The position numbers were made by a program, and so were the translations under genes. DNA of 63,512 nt, counting the filler, from Choristocarpus tenellus KU-1152 (Eukaryota; Protista; Phaeophyceae), in the NCBI GenBank assembly GCA_964200185.2. It is 12 parts of 12 records of this genome, joined end to end, with 100 filler letters (N's around TTAATTAATTAA, not from the genome) between each part and the next. Parts side by side here need not be neighbours in the genome. Positions count along the whole stretch, not along the records: positions 26,812 to 40,314 come from CAXNAD020001470.1; positions 40,415 to 43,405 come from CAXNAD020023088.1; positions 43,506 to 48,595 come from CAXNAD020011914.1; positions 48,696 to 51,429 come from CAXNAD020025214.1; positions 51,530 to 54,240 come from CAXNAD020025405.1; 7 more parts are not named here. One strand, written 5' to 3'. The notes beneath the pieces were generated by a model. It made no database searches and had not been told where the DNA came from. It saw only the letters and a list, made by a program, of their open reading frames with translations. Position 1 is the stretch's first letter, and every line of letters begins with the position of its first letter. Of the stretch, positions 37,901 through 51,962 are shown piece by piece.

Positions 37901-39823
37901 CACTTAGGATACCCTCAGAGTCTGAAGTAGGAGATTTTCTTTTCATTTTTTCTCGAGGGGTCCAGACTATTGGCGATCATGTGAATGCTGAGGTATAATA
38001 TTTTCGGGCCTGTGGGAGATAGAGAAGAGCTCCTAGGTTGTGCTTGTCCCACCTGCGCTTCAGCTGTCAAAATAAGGAAGAAACGTCCCACCTGTGCTCT
38101 CTTCCCGCATTCATGGCACATTCCTACTAGGGGCTCAAAGCCATGGCGGTGGAGTCTACCCCTTCGATGAATGTAATCAAAGCAGGAGCTGCAGAAGTTG
38201 TCATTGCATTGAATGCAAAGCTTGACAGCAACCTGATCACCTCCATGAGATTCAGATAAAACAAACATAGAGCATCATGAGACTTGACCTGAGCTGTTGG
38301 TGGAGAGTACATTTGCCGTGCCAAAAAGACTTAGGGTGGGGCATGGGTAATTCCATATCTTGCAGCAAACTCTTTTGACATTTCCCACGGGTACTGAGTC
38401 CTAGATAATATGTTGATTTCTTGCACATTCATTGGTACATATGACTGTCCGTTGCCACACACTGCAGCTTCGGACTATCATCCTATGAACTGCCCTACTT
38501 TGCAGCACAATGGTCATACGACAAACCTACCATGCTAATTTGAACATATAGCTCCGAATGTTCAAGGCAGAAATTATGCCATGCGATCACAAACAAGCTT
38601 CCCATCATGACAACAACTGAAATGCCACCATCTCTGATCGGTTCGTGCAATACTCCACACGAGGATATACCTTACTCTGCCTCACACACTCTGGTCTCAA
38701 AGATCGGAGACTGTCCTAGAGGGTGAACTGAGATGCGAAGATCTTGAAGACCTACAAAGCATCTATACTTTATTGGAGGATGTGTTAAGCGTAATGATGT
38801 ATCTGCAACGTGTGCTGACAACCTTTCCTTCTAGAACATATTGTAAATCTCTCATTACATAACTTCTTTGGCAACAATTTTTTATCTCCATGAACGTTCA
38901 ATAGCACCATAGGCGCTGGAGATATACTCTGTAATATGCAGTAGTTTCCCAGCCCAGCAGCATCAGTAGGGGGGGATGGGGTATATTGGACAGGGATATC
39001 AATCATACCTGAAACTCGCATTCTACACATTTTTCGATAGGTATTCGCAAGTGAGATGTCACTTTACCCACTCGATGAAGGCGTGCACAACATGCTTCAC
39101 AGAATGTGTCTGCGCACTCCATGCAGTAGCTGCCTCAGAACAGAAGACCGAGGACAGGTGATATTTTTGCCGATGTGGTTGTGGTTAGAGTTGAGACTTT
39201 GGTGATGAAAAATAATTTTTCAATGTCCTGTCGATGCATGTGCTTCAGTGTAAATCAAATGAAAGGACTTCACTATCGTGTATGACAAACACTCCCAACA
39301 AGAGATTTTCGATATGGGCTACCACATTTTCATGTCACACCAAGGAAGGTACTTCACCGTAACCAAGTTAGACTGATGACTGGGAGGAAATTATTCCTGT
39401 GTGCACATATATTACTCAAGTATTACTACATTCTTGCTGGTACTTCATAAGCTCATAACAAAGTCTAGAAATGGTTTTAAATTGCAACCAATGTGATCAT
39501 CGGAGACATTACATCCTTTGAGGCACAGACAACAATCTGTGTCGAAGAGATTGCCATACAGTGTTTAAGGCAAGCTGTGACAGCTAGAGTATACCACCCT
39601 CCAAAGTCAACACCACAAGTAACTTCAGGTTAACCTATCCAATTTCATGAATCAGGTACAGTTATTTCTTGGAGCAAGGGATGAACGCATTCTCACATTG
39701 AAGCCGTGGTATTCTTGCACTCATGACACATGACAATAAGGGTGTCTTTGCTGGATGGCACGACAATGGCAGTGGCAATGTCGTAGGTGCCAAGGACAGG
39801 TGGCTTTTCCCAAGAAGAGGTAC
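34906..39823 (-). CDS. WW / tandem B-box zinc finger / IQ protein (exons 39697-39823, 39009-39129, 38092-38232, 37600-37709, 36569-36722, 35706-35798, 35268-35368, 34906-34984); partial
   Basis: In-phase splicing gives TSSWEKP (WW end), CHEC..YCMECADTFCEACCARLH, CVEC..LCIQCNDNFCSSCFDYIH, CHEC..CFGC..CRTC..H, then AATKIQ/ATFKGWSTRK (IQ). Confidence 0.85.
36997..37253. mobile_element. MITE family B in intron
   Basis: Family B TIRs, TSD AAA. Confidence 0.9.
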
Positions 39824-40414
39824 CTATAATTGCCAGCAACCAAAGGTTTATATCTCAGCAGTGTGTATGCCAATGCCTTCTACCATCAACCAGTTCGTCA
39901 GTTATTTTAAAACTATGACTCAGTTTGAACCATGATATCAGTGCGTAGATATAATTTCGTTGAAGATATTCTGGTTTTAATGAGAGCACTGATTTTGGAC
40001 TTTTCACATCATCCTCTGGTGAATATGTCAACAAGATTACTTTATTAGATCGCTGATGTCTTTTTTTTTCCAGTTTTGACATCGGTGTCAGCCCTATAAC
40101 TTCCTGTCTTGACTTGTGTGGGAGTGAGCTGTCATTTGGAGGAAGAAATGGTGTATGCCGAGGAATCAGCTTAGCTGGCGGAGGTCCTTGACAAATTGGT
40201 GAATTCTTCTGCATGTTCAAGTTCAATATATTGTTGCCTTTGCTGAGGACTTGTTGTACTGACATGATCTTTATATAATTTCTCCATGAGACCCAAAGTA
40301 TCTGGGAGGGGGGGNNNNNNNNNNNNNNNNNNNNNNNNNNNNNNNNNNNNNNNNNNNNTTAATTAATTAANNNNNNNNNNNNNNNNNNNNNNNNNNNNNN
40401 NNNNNNNNNNNNNN

Positions 40415-41720
40415 ACAAGGGCGAACCTCCTTCGCCGCTGATTTACTGTCACCCCCCACATTTAATGACCAGCCAGTGCGACCCCTTTCACCACTGATTT
40501 CCAGTCACTCCCCACATCCAATGACCAGCCAGTGCAACCCCTTCACCACTGATTTCCAGTCACCCCCCTATCTGATGATCAACCGGTGTGACTCCTTTCA
40601 CCACCGATTTCCGATCACTATCACACCCTTCAACCCCACTCAACACCACACCATTGAACACTACTCAACGCGACACCACTCAACACCATTCCACAAACAT
40701 CCAAGAACACCCCTTTATCATCCCCTTCATACCGTGCCTTTGAGCTAGAAGACATCTACCCCGGTTGAACTTGACCTCCCCTCCCACCCTGAGATCCAAG
40801 TCGTCGGGAGCAAGCGACAAGGCAGGTGGGCAGGAAAGTTTGCTTGGGGGTCGTCTAGATCTAGCCCTCCTCGTCCTGGAACCCCAGCTTCAGGTTTCCT
40901 CTTCGATTCAGTACTGTCTACTCCTTCTCCACTCCTGCCTCCGCCTGCAATGTATTATCTTAACTTCTCCCCCCCCTCTCTCAACCACTCAGTATTTAAT
41001 GTTATAGGCGAATAGCACGAGCATTTCTTCTTGTGTTCTAACAATTGTTCGCATTTGTTACATGCAAATAGCACGAGCATTTCTTCTGATGTTTGAGCAA
41101 ACATGAACATTTATGACAGGCAAATAGTGCGAGCATTGTTTCTTGCATTCTAACAAGTAAGTGCGAAACATATACGAGATGAGTAACACATAGGTAGCCT
41201 TACAGAATAAATGCTGATTTCGTAGAAGATACAGAGTAAGATTCGTAATGCATACGTAACATTACAGAAGAAAACGTCAAAGTGTCTAAAAAGTTGCAGA
41301 ATAAAGGTTTATGATTGGAATACGTATAGAGCAGTTGCGTAGAAGACCAAAGAAACTGGGTGGTTGATGAAAATAATAAGAGGGCTTTTGATCAAATCCG
41401 TTACCCTCCTTAAATCAGTCTTTTATCTTGAGCGAAACATTGAGTCGAGCTTTGAGCTAAGCACTGAGTGGAGTATCAAGAGAAAGCTGTCTGACACCCA
41501 ACAAACTGTTACCAAGGGCAACGTCCCCATAGTATCATTTTACAGTTGTTGGATTTGAGTTACACATCCTGTGGAGGTGAGTTCGGGGGCGCGTTGTAAC
41601 ATTAACTCTTCGTTCCCTTCTTGCTATTCTTTTTTTTCTTTCCTGTCCCCTCCCTTCCCTTCTGCCCCCAACCAATTAGAATTCTTCCGCCCACAAAACT
41701 CAGATTACTTCATAAACATT
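40415..41720. repeat. Family D repeat copy (opposite orientation to 6480 and 56840 copies), split by a solo LTR
   Basis: The halves rejoin as CTCAGTATTTAACTCTTCGTTCCC, matching the uninterrupted copies. Confidence 0.85.
41000..41601. mobile_element. Solo LTR (602 bp)
   Basis: TGTTA...TAACA ends and 4-bp TSD TTAA. The empty site is visible in other family D copies. Confidence 0.85.
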
Positions 41721-41859
41721 TCCTTTTTTTTTTCCGTTTTTTTTTTTTTTGAAGAAAGAGCAGTCATATGGGGGTTCGAACACTGAATTGTAGGTCGCCA
41801 AGAGTGCCAACAGATGCACTATTACTTGATTAAAGTAAAGGGTTTAGGTGAGAAAAAAG

Positions 41860-43150
41860 TCTCTTCACTCTTTCTTCTTGCTGTGTGTTCGCACACCCAC
41901 TCTTCGACCTCAGCAAGGATACCCTCGTCGAGGTCCAGAACGAAACGCCTCTCACAGTACCCTTCCCGCGACACCTTGATGTGGCCCTTAGTTAGGAAGT
42001 CTCTCTCCCATTTATTTGCAGTGTCCGACCTGAGGCTCAAAGTATCTGTGAGGGGTGGCGGCTGTCCATTTGGGGTCATTTATTACATGTTGCGATCTTT
42101 GGGTGATTTAGTTGCATACGTCGGATGGTTACTGTAAATGCACTTTCCTGATTTTGACCCAAATGGACACCCTTGTGTAGACACCACCCCCCCCCATCAT
42201 CAATAAGGACTACCTGTACTATANNNNNNNNNNTGGACACCCTTGTGTAGACCCCCCCCCCCTCCCAGATACTTTGGGTCCTAATCATCGCATATCCTGC
42301 TCCCATCTCGAGCGACGTTGGACAGTCTTTCCTGTCGTTCATACACACGCACAGGATTTGCGGTGTTAGAGCCTTAAACTATCACATTTCCTCGTTGAGC
42401 GCCAGAAATGGGCATTGTCCGTGTTTCCTGATGGGTGGTATTTTATCATCAAGGTGCAAGGGCGAGAGAGGACAGGCTTGAGTTGATCGAAAATTGTGTT
42501 CATTTCTTGAATGAATGCAGGCCGGGGAAAAGCCTTAACCAACTTCGTATGTCCAATCCTAAGTCCAGGAAAAAAAGATAATGTACGGCATCTTGCAAGA
42601 AGTGGGAAACACCAAACCATCGGTGTGCAACTAGCCTCAATCTCATCTCCTCTTCTTCCCTGGCGTCCTCGTCAATGGCTGCCTCCACCTGCTTCTCGAC
42701 CTCTTCAAAGCAGATGATTTGGTGGTATCGAAGAGTCTCCACAGCTGCCTTTGTTACGATCGCTTTCTCTTCCGACTTGTGAGTCCTTTTGACCTTCTTT
42801 CGGGTTCAGAGCCGTTATACACCAACCCTAACACCTTCTTTTTCGTTCCCTTAAGTCACTCTGGCTCGCATAGGTTCCAGACAGCCAGGACCTGCTGCAA
42901 CTGTCGACTACTAAGATATTCTACACCCGTGTTTTGGCTTAGGTGTTTCCTTAGTGCAATGGCACGAAGTCACCCTGCTCTCTTCCCCAATCTTCCCTTC
43001 GGGTGGCCAGCCCAGTTCTCCCTTCGCCTGTCGTGACCAGGCTTCCCCACAGACTTCGTCATTGTCCCACCTGATGATGGACTCGCCACTCTCTACCTGC
43101 TTTCCCGAGGTGGCAGAGACTGCAGAGCAGTGCTTCGATGTGGTTGAAGA
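41860..43150 (-). pseudogene. Possible DNA-transposon ORF relic interrupted by family A MITEs
   Basis: Fragmented coding-like stretches such as ANKWERDFLTKGHIKVSREG...LDEGILAEVEEWV resemble the N-terminal part of some DDE transposases. Resemblance from memory only. Confidence 0.3.
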
Positions 43151-44742
43151 TCCAACCACGTTTATGTGTTAACGCTTTCAATGCATCTTCTCTCGGCGTC
43201 TGCGTCAGTATCGCGACCCCATGGTCCATTTCGTGATTTGATTATGCGGCTGGCTCAAAGTATCTGTGAGGGGGTGGCAGCTGTCCATTCGGGGTCATTC
43301 TTTACATGATGCGATCTTTGGGTGATTTGGTTGCATACGTCGGATGGTTACTGTAAATGCACTTTCCTGATTTTGACCCAAATGGACACCCTTGTGTAGA
43401 CCCCCNNNNNNNNNNNNNNNNNNNNNNNNNNNNNNNNNNNNNNNNNNNNTTAATTAATTAANNNNNNNNNNNNNNNNNNNNNNNNNNNNNNNNNNNNNNN
43501 NNNNNCACCCCCCTAGTACCCCCCCATGATGGACAAATCACACAACAACTTGATGAAACTGTGCTGAGTTCTCTTCTGCTAAGCTGTCTTCACTTGATCT
43601 CTTGAATTGTGTACTCCCAACCAGCTAGGAGGAGCATGCGGAATGAGATAGCTGAAGGACAATCCCCTCCATAGTGAGCACCCATGTATGTGACGGACCA
43701 ATCAGATAAAACGACACAATAACACGCCTTTGGATGAACGAGCAAAATTGGCAGATTGTACTTATCCTCTCTGGTGCAAAATCAAGCACATCCATATATG
43801 CCCAACAACCCAAGATGATGCAGGTAGATAGCCTTGATATCCATCATGCCATCCTTGCTCCTAAGGTGTATACACTACACTACGTTCACTGTGGCAAGCA
43901 TAAATTGGAGTTGGGGAACGTTTGAATAGAAGTCTGCTTGTATCCAATCGGCAGACCCTGAATGACATGCACATGTGGGGTGCATGAGAAGAACCAACAC
44001 TATTTGGTCAAGGGTGTTCTTCACCCTTTCGAGCAGAACTCTTCCCAAATTGGGGAATCCTCCAGCATGGAGCCTTTAAAGCAGAAAAAGGGGGGTTGGT
44101 CGAGTTGAAAGTCTCAACTAACCGATACCAGCATGAACATTACAGTCACATAAATTCTCTCATTGAACAACTAATCAAAATCTACTAGCAACGTTACATC
44201 ACATTCAGGCTCTGAGAGTACTAGGATACACCTCCTTCAACTATATCCTGTATCACTCAACAAGAGACCCCAAAAAAATTGAACTCACTTTGAATGCACA
44301 AACTAATATGAACACCAAAACTGATGGGCGTTTCGGAAGCAGATAAAAGCATCCATTACCCCGTGTGCTCTGCCTCCTTTGAAACCTGTCCAGCCTATGT
44401 AGGGCTGCAGCGCGATTGCAGAGGCATCTATCCCCTTGCATCTGCAGATTGCCTTAAGAACGCAGGAGTAGGCTTGGAGGATTTTTTCCACAGCTATAGG
44501 TAAGTCCAGAAGGTGATGCTGCTCACACACAAGGGCTTCTACGTCAAAAGCGATCTCAATAATATAATCAGTAGTAGTATACACCAAAAATATACTACTT
44601 TAGTATTATTGTTGTGAAATTTTTGAAGTAGTTCTAGCACGGACTACTTGAGATTCGTGAGTACTACCACCATTACACATTCTACGTCATATACTAAGGA
44701 GTGTCTTATCTCCATACAGATGTACATGCTGGGAGTGAGACC

Positions 44743-47700
44743 TTACACCTCCACTGACTCCACTGACTCCACTGCAGTCACTGTCTCCAGAAATCCATTC
44801 TTGAAGCTGTTGCCATACTCTTCAATCCAGATACGGCCTGGCAATGAAAAAAATTTCAAAATGAGTAAGCCCCGGAAAGCATAGGTCTCATGCAAAAGGA
44901 TTGAACAATTTATGCCCATGATAATTTCTCGATACATATGTGCTGTGTCACAAGAACATAAGACAACCCCGACAGTGAAACCCACCATTCAGTGGCAAGA
45001 CAAAACCTGCTTCTATGAGTGCCTTACACTGGCTCTATAATACCTGTTTGGTAGCCAGTGTCAAATAGCTCATCCAGGACTTCATCGGTGCCAGGATGAA
45101 GCGCATATTTCAGAAGCTCAAGGTAGCGCAGCAGGGAGGAACTTGAACGATTAGGCAGGGGGATTGAGGGAGAATCAGTCATCCTCTCATATGTCGCACT
45201 GTGGTGTGACATTTGGACAATTGATGGGAAAATGTTCTAGCTTTATATGCCGACTTTTCTTACTGCATAGGCAGCAACTTCATACAACTTGTCAATGCCA
45301 CATGAACCTCATCAGTATAATGCGATACTGTTGAGGCAGGAAGTCACCACTACTTGAATGGGCATGTTTTTCCTCATGTGACCACTCAGCCTTAACGAAA
45401 TATTGCTTGATTGGGAAAAAACAGTCTAGTATGTGAAGCGCCCCAAGGTGAAGGGTGGGCTATATGAAACTGAGCAGTGTAAGGGCAAGATGCGTGTATC
45501 TAGGAAAGCATAGTTCTTTGGTAAGTCCACTTCTACTTTGAAATATGTATTTGATTTTTAGATCATTCTCCAGTGGTCCAGCTGAAGCATGCTCAACCTT
45601 GTCCAAGTGAGGATTGATAAGGCATTCCATCATGGCCAACTTGATGGGATATCTGTTGTACTGTTGCTCGCACATTGACCTATACTACTGGTACAACATG
45701 TTTTCTGAGGGATGTGAGGGAATAGAGTCACAAAATTTCACAGAAACATAAGCCTTTCATGGTTGATCTCAACCTGTCAGCTTCTAATCCTCACATCTAC
45801 AAAACTAAACCAACAAACATGCCCCTACTACATGCCTCTACTACATGGTACAAGAACAACCCATGGTATACGTTTGATATCAGGCCCTTCTGCCCTACAT
45901 AAACACCCCCCCCATACCCCAACCCCCCACCAAAATCACCTAACGAGAGCAAGCATTGATGCTTGGTTCTCCTATCATCGGCAAGCACTGATCCCCCCCA
46001 ACACTGCACACCACTCTGTAAAACTCGCCAACATTACCTTTCCAGCAGATCTGGGGATATCAAGTCACCCTCTGTCTCTGAATATACTGGCAATGTTGAT
46101 CCTGGAAACACAGATACACGAACCACTTGGTCTGCAGAGGGGATGTTTGGTGCGCCAAAGTATTTTCTGGGCAACGAAAACACACCATCCACTGTGGCCT
46201 TTCCCCTGACCTGAACAAAGGGATACTGAGTATGGGGTGGCGGTAGGAGTGAGGACATGGCATAGGGCATACAACAGGCAAACAAAGAGCTGCATGTCTC
46301 GGCCATAGCAAAGCCATCACAACCGTCAGTAATGCAAGCATTGTTACCTAGTTTTCATGGAATATTTCACTATGGTGTCAATAGTAAGGGGTAAACTAGA
46401 GTATCAGAATATGGGGATCGTGTTTGAAAATCGCACAGAGGTATTGAGGGGATGCCAACCTTCAACGTACAGAATTGACGTGGCAAGGATTGCGGGAAAG
46501 AGCTAAGATTAAGGGCTGGGGTTAATGATAGAAACACCACGCACACCTTCCCAGTTCTTTGTAACCTGCACATAATTTTGACTTAGCCATCCTGTTGTTT
46601 GTCTCTCCAATATGCAGCGAAATATTTCTCTGTAGTGCCAGTCTCATATTCAGGAGCCACAAGAACTTATTCACAACTTAATGTTTGCTTTTGATGGTAT
46701 TGGAAGGTCAGTATGTTCTACCCATTCAGTGGGTATTCATGTGAAGAATGTGACAAATCTACCATTTGTTGTAAAAGATTATCGTTCAGGGGCAACAACG
46801 GTTGATCATCAGGACCCTATACAGTGGATGCAGGAGTGGCCTACCTTTGAGAACCAGAAAGGAACACAGCAGGAGCCAAGAAGCACCTCGATCAGATCTT
46901 CCCTTGAGTTGAACTTGTCAACAAAAACTCCTCCTATAGGGAGTGGCCAAAGGTTGGTCATGGCCAGGGAGACCTTCCCTTTTCTGGTGTTGATGAGATC
47001 ATGAGCATCCTCCGGAAGCATACGTTCCAAACACCCTTCCACCACATCCCTGAAAATGCAAGGGGCTGATTGGGTGACATCGACATCGTTGAACACGGTT
47101 GACACAACTTTGGATGGGTCCAGATTTATGTGAACAAAACCTCCTGCAAAGTTTAATGTTGTCAATCTAGATGTGAGGTCATGTTCAGTTTGCGAAACAA
47201 ACACTTCTTCACTCGAGTAGAGGTTTAATAGCTAGCAGCCCTAGCTCATTCGGTGGAAGCTAGGAGCACATGGTCGATGTATAAGTACAACCAAGGGACA
47301 GAGAACAGGGCTGCAGTCACCTAAGCCTGTATTGTGTTCCTCCCTCTCTGCAGTCTGCACAGATCTCCGAAGCCCCTCTCGCAGCTTCATCCAGACTCAT
47401 ATTGCATCCAAGCACTGCACAAACAAGGGCCCTGGAAATGGAGAGATACAAGACGTGTCTAGCTGAACTAGTGTGACCTGCTGATGAAGTGGACTGTACT
47501 ATGTAGGCACCAGCTCACCCTGCTGAAGAACCCGCGATGGGAACTTCTGCGGCCAGAAAGTTATTCTCCTCTAGTGCCTTGGCCACGCCCAGGTGGTAAG
47601 GAAAGAGGAGACCCCCAGGAGTGAAGGAAAAACCCAGCCTTGTTTGACGCGTGGGAGATGGTGCACAAGGAGGAAATAGTATTGCGTGAAAATAGCAAGC

Positions 47701-47970
47701 AGAAAGCATCTCCCTATCACTAGGGTCAATTATTGAAATAAATCAATCATTGCTGGATTATGTAAATCATACGAAAACAATCAGTTGTGAGTGGATCAGA
47801 GAATTTCGACATCCGAACACAACTGGATTTAGGTTCAAGCTCATTCCAAGCACTCTGACAATGTAATACCTGCTCGAGGTTGCGATTGAAGACGATATGC
47901 CATTACAAATTTTCCCAGAGGGAAAAAACAAACATGAAGCAAGAAAAATGTATACCAAGGTACCCTTCAT
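44743..47970 (-). CDS. Patatin-like phospholipase (PNPLA family), complete 7-exon model, 305 aa
   Basis: Exons 47870-47970, 47519-47638, 47321-47431, 46845-47049, 46038-46225, 45044-45141 and 44743-44837 total 918 nt in phase. Motifs FSFTPGGLLFPYHLG, GSSAG, SCCVPF and VDGV. Hydrophobic N-terminus. Confidence 0.92.
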
Positions 47971-50900
47971 GCTCTCCACGCTGCGTCTGGCAATCACCAA
48001 CCCTGTCCTCGGTTTGTCCTACCATCACCATCATGTTGACGTTTGTCCTTTCACGAAACTATTTTTTTTTTCCATTTTCAAAAAAGGAGAGGAAAATACT
48101 AATGGGAAGAAAGAACAAGTGGGGATCTTCTTTCCCATAAAAAAAATAGACTAACAAAAGAGAATATGTACAGAGTAGTAGTAGAGTGTATCATGTGGTT
48201 GTGTGCCATACGCACACATATCATTAAACACAACGACTGGACCCAAGTAGCGCAATTGCGTAGGATCTCATCGCTAAAATGATAGCCTCTATATTATCAA
48301 TTAGCCAGTGTTGGACATGTTGAGTGGTTCAATCACAATTTCGTTTGTTGTTCTAGGTGCTAATTTACGGTCGATTCCCCCACTCATCATACATGAATGG
48401 GAAAATTGATAAGGGTCAAAGTATCTGGGGGGGGGGGGGTGCCGGCTGTCCATTTGGGACCAATTTTTTTATATCATGATTTTTGGGTGATTTGGTTCCA
48501 TAAATTGAATGGATAATGTAAATACCCTTGTGTAGAAGCCCCCCCTCGCCACAAAAATTCCGGTTTCGTGCTTTTTCGAGCCCTCCTCTGTTATCNNNNN
48601 NNNNNNNNNNNNNNNNNNNNNNNNNNNNNNNNNNNNNNNTTAATTAATTAANNNNNNNNNNNNNNNNNNNNNNNNNNNNNNNNNNNNNNNNNNNNTTCTG
48701 TTTTCGTTTTATTTCACATTGTTTTTTTATTTTTTCCTTTATTTCGAAAAAGTGGACAAGGGTCCCCCCCCCCCCCCCCCCCCCCCTCCTGCATAGTGGA
48801 ATTTTGTAGACTTATCAACGATCTATGTGAAGTAGGTAACAGAGGTCCTAAATGCATCAATCATATTTACACCATAATTTGCAACTAAATGGGAGGGTTT
48901 AAAGCAGAGGAGGGTGCAGACACCTTACCGCCCTTCTGACTTGGGTTGGAATTTTCTGAAATTTTCTGAACTTCTCTTGACTTTTTTACGCAGTGGAATT
49001 TTTTTACTTAAGTTTCCTGGTGGGAAGGGAAGAGCCTCATGTGATACACAAGGCAGTGCTTGGGTTGTGGCTGGCTCCCTTTGGCAAATTTCTGTTGTGA
49101 GATCCCACAGAAAGGAGCTCTACGGGGTGGGTGAGGTTACTTCGTTTTGAACACTATACATAAGGCTCCATGGCACTCTGTAGCATTGAGTTGGTGACTC
49201 TACTGTCTGTGGCGCTCTGTAGCATAAGGAAAATCTTGTGTTCCTGAGCAGGGATGTAAGTAGGGTCCCAGGATGCAGAGGTATGACAACTGTATCTGGG
49301 ATTGTCTGCAGGTCTGTAGGACAAGTATGGGATGTTTACTTGACTGTAGGTAAAAGAGATTGTTCACCCTATGTATTGTTCACCTATTTCAAGAAAGTAA
49401 TAATAATAATAATAATAATAATTAGTATTACTCCACTGACAACAAACAAGATTGCATTCCTGTTTACATCCCTTCTCCTGAGGCCAGATGGTGGGAGAGG
49501 TGGGGAGGGGGGTAAGCATTCCAAATTCCAATATATATATCCCCTTGATACTGTGGCAACTCTGAGACAACAGCACATAACAGTGGAGGGTATTGCGATG
49601 AAAGAGGGGCGTGAATCTTGTTTATTATTATTATTATTATTATTATTGCACGGCAGTCTTGCTGCAGGGCATAAAACGCACCCCCTTACAAAATTCAAGA
49701 CGTGCATCTTTTGTAGTCATTTTGCAGGCGTGTTTGTCTCTGCAGGTTGGTGCCATCAATTGATCAATGCACAGCGATTTAACACTTCCACCACCTCCGG
49801 CACCCCCATTGTCACTTGAGATGTTTGTTCTTTTCAGTATCTGCCCATTTTTGTCTATGCGCAATCAATACCTTTGGTGTAACAGTTGGTGTAACGGTTG
49901 CATGATTGTAACGGATCAGGGACGAAACAGGTCTGAATCAAGCAACAGAACATGTTCCTATTCCAACTGTGTAGGAGTTTAGGAGTTGATGACATCTAGA
50001 CGATTTGTGGTCTCTTGGGCTTAGTTAGTTGTGTTTACAATAAACTTGGTTATGTTCACAATAAACCTTGTTGCACTCACATTGTATGTATCTTTACTAT
50101 CAATGGTCTGCTTTACCAACCAAGCGAAATCAATTGCATTTGATTTGACTGGCACAGGTTCTACGCGACCCCTTTGAGTTCATTGCATTTGACAAGGAAG
50201 GGGCGATACATCGGAGGGAGGTATAGTGACACACACGCACAGAGTTGCAATGAACAGTACACTTACCATCAGCCTCGATTACATCTTCTGAACTGCTTAC
50301 ACTTCAGATGTTCCCCCCCACCTGAGCACACTAATATTCTCTGGATGTGCAAGCATGTGTTGAGGGATTGGTTAAAGAAACTAACATCAAATACTAGGGT
50401 CTCACAGTCAGGTTCAGTTATCAGTTACAGAAACTCAAACTTTTCTTGGTGTGAAACTTCCTAGGGTATGTTTGTGTGTGTCATGCACACAAGGGTACAG
50501 GCACCGGAGGAAATACTGGAAAGACATACAGATGCTCATGTGTAAGAGAGGCCAACATCTCCCCTGGCATCCTTGTGACTCAAGTGGTGAACGGGAGCTG
50601 TTACACAAATATTTTTTTGCAGATTCTAACCCCATTCACACTAGATGGGTATCTAGTCCTGAACATGCCCAAATCCATGTGGTAACGGTTGTATGTTGCA
50701 CTACTATACCATTAACATGTCAAACCAAGAACAAGGTGGCAAGGCTTCTTTATTGCCAAGCAACACCAAGTCAAGTTCAGCCCAAGATTTGAGCAGGGAT
50801 GCTGAGCGATTAGCAGTGGGATGACTGCACCCGTCCACTTGAGAAGCAAGGCACAGTCGGGCAGTGCAATTGGCTGCTGGCAAACGGTTAGAGTTAGAGT

Positions 50901-51668
50901 TGGTGGTATATTATGTAGTATAGTGCAGTGTAGTGTAGTGCCTTTGACCGTGGCTTGGGATAGTTCTCAGGCTAATTATATCTACAGGGTTGTACCTCAG
51001 TACTATCTAGAGCTCTAAGCTGCCTAGTCACCTGACATCCATTGATATGGATGCCTCCCACCCATCTCATGCAGGCACTGACTGCTCTTACATCATGTAG
51101 GCACTGTTAGACTTCGCTTGCAAAATTTTCAAATGTCCTCTAGCAGTTCTAGAGTCCTGCGCAAGGAGCTGCAGAAGCTTACAGTGGGGCCAGCGGAAGA
51201 GTCTGAGAAAGTAAGTCAATCACAAAAATCGTCAACAGATAAAACATTCACCCTAATCTTCCTTCCTCCATCTCAGCTTCCTCAAGTGCCACCTTGCCAA
51301 GTAATAGCTCCCGGATCTCCTTGGAAAGGGGATTTTGATCACTGACAACAGAAAGGGTCACACAGTGCTAAAATGAAGACTCAAAGTATCTGGGGGGGGG
51401 GGGGGGGTTGGGAGGGGGCATCCGGTTCGNNNNNNNNNNNNNNNNNNNNNNNNNNNNNNNNNNNNNNNNNNNNTTAATTAATTAANNNNNNNNNNNNNNN
51501 NNNNNNNNNNNNNNNNNNNNNNNNNNNNNGCAAAGGGGTTTTGCCCTGGTTGGGTTACAAGGGGGGTTAGAATAGGGAGAGGAGAGGATTAGGGAGGAAT
51601 GCAAAAATAGAAAATAAAAGAATAATAATAATCCAGAATTCGTGAGCAAAACAAAATGTGGGTTCATA

Positions 51669-51962
51669 TGTCAAGTTCAACGATCATTGGATGTACTATT
51701 ATTAATGCTATCCTGTTTGTACCTACACCATAAAAACGCCAGATCAAGATCGAGATGGAAACCTGAAGAAGGTTCCATTGGAAGATTCGAAGGAGGAGAC
51801 GGAACGACGAGGAGTGGGAATGCTGAACCCAACGCGCGAGAAGCAAGTCAGAAACAGAGGTAGTACAGTAGTTGAAGTGCAATAAGTAGTTACAGTGGTA
51901 GTTGGTATGAGAAGTAGTCCAGTATGTAGTGCCTCTGATCGCATGTCGAGATAAAATCCCCA
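51669..51962. mobile_element. Probable solo LTR (294 bp)
   Basis: TG...CA ends with CATA on both flanks, located at the edge of a family D repeat. Confidence 0.5.

Noticed and set aside
49398-49647. (TAA)n and (TTA)n tracts in inverted orientation, and the 193 aa ORF with poly-I/poly-L
   Set aside because: These are ordinary microsatellites and the ORF is a by-product.
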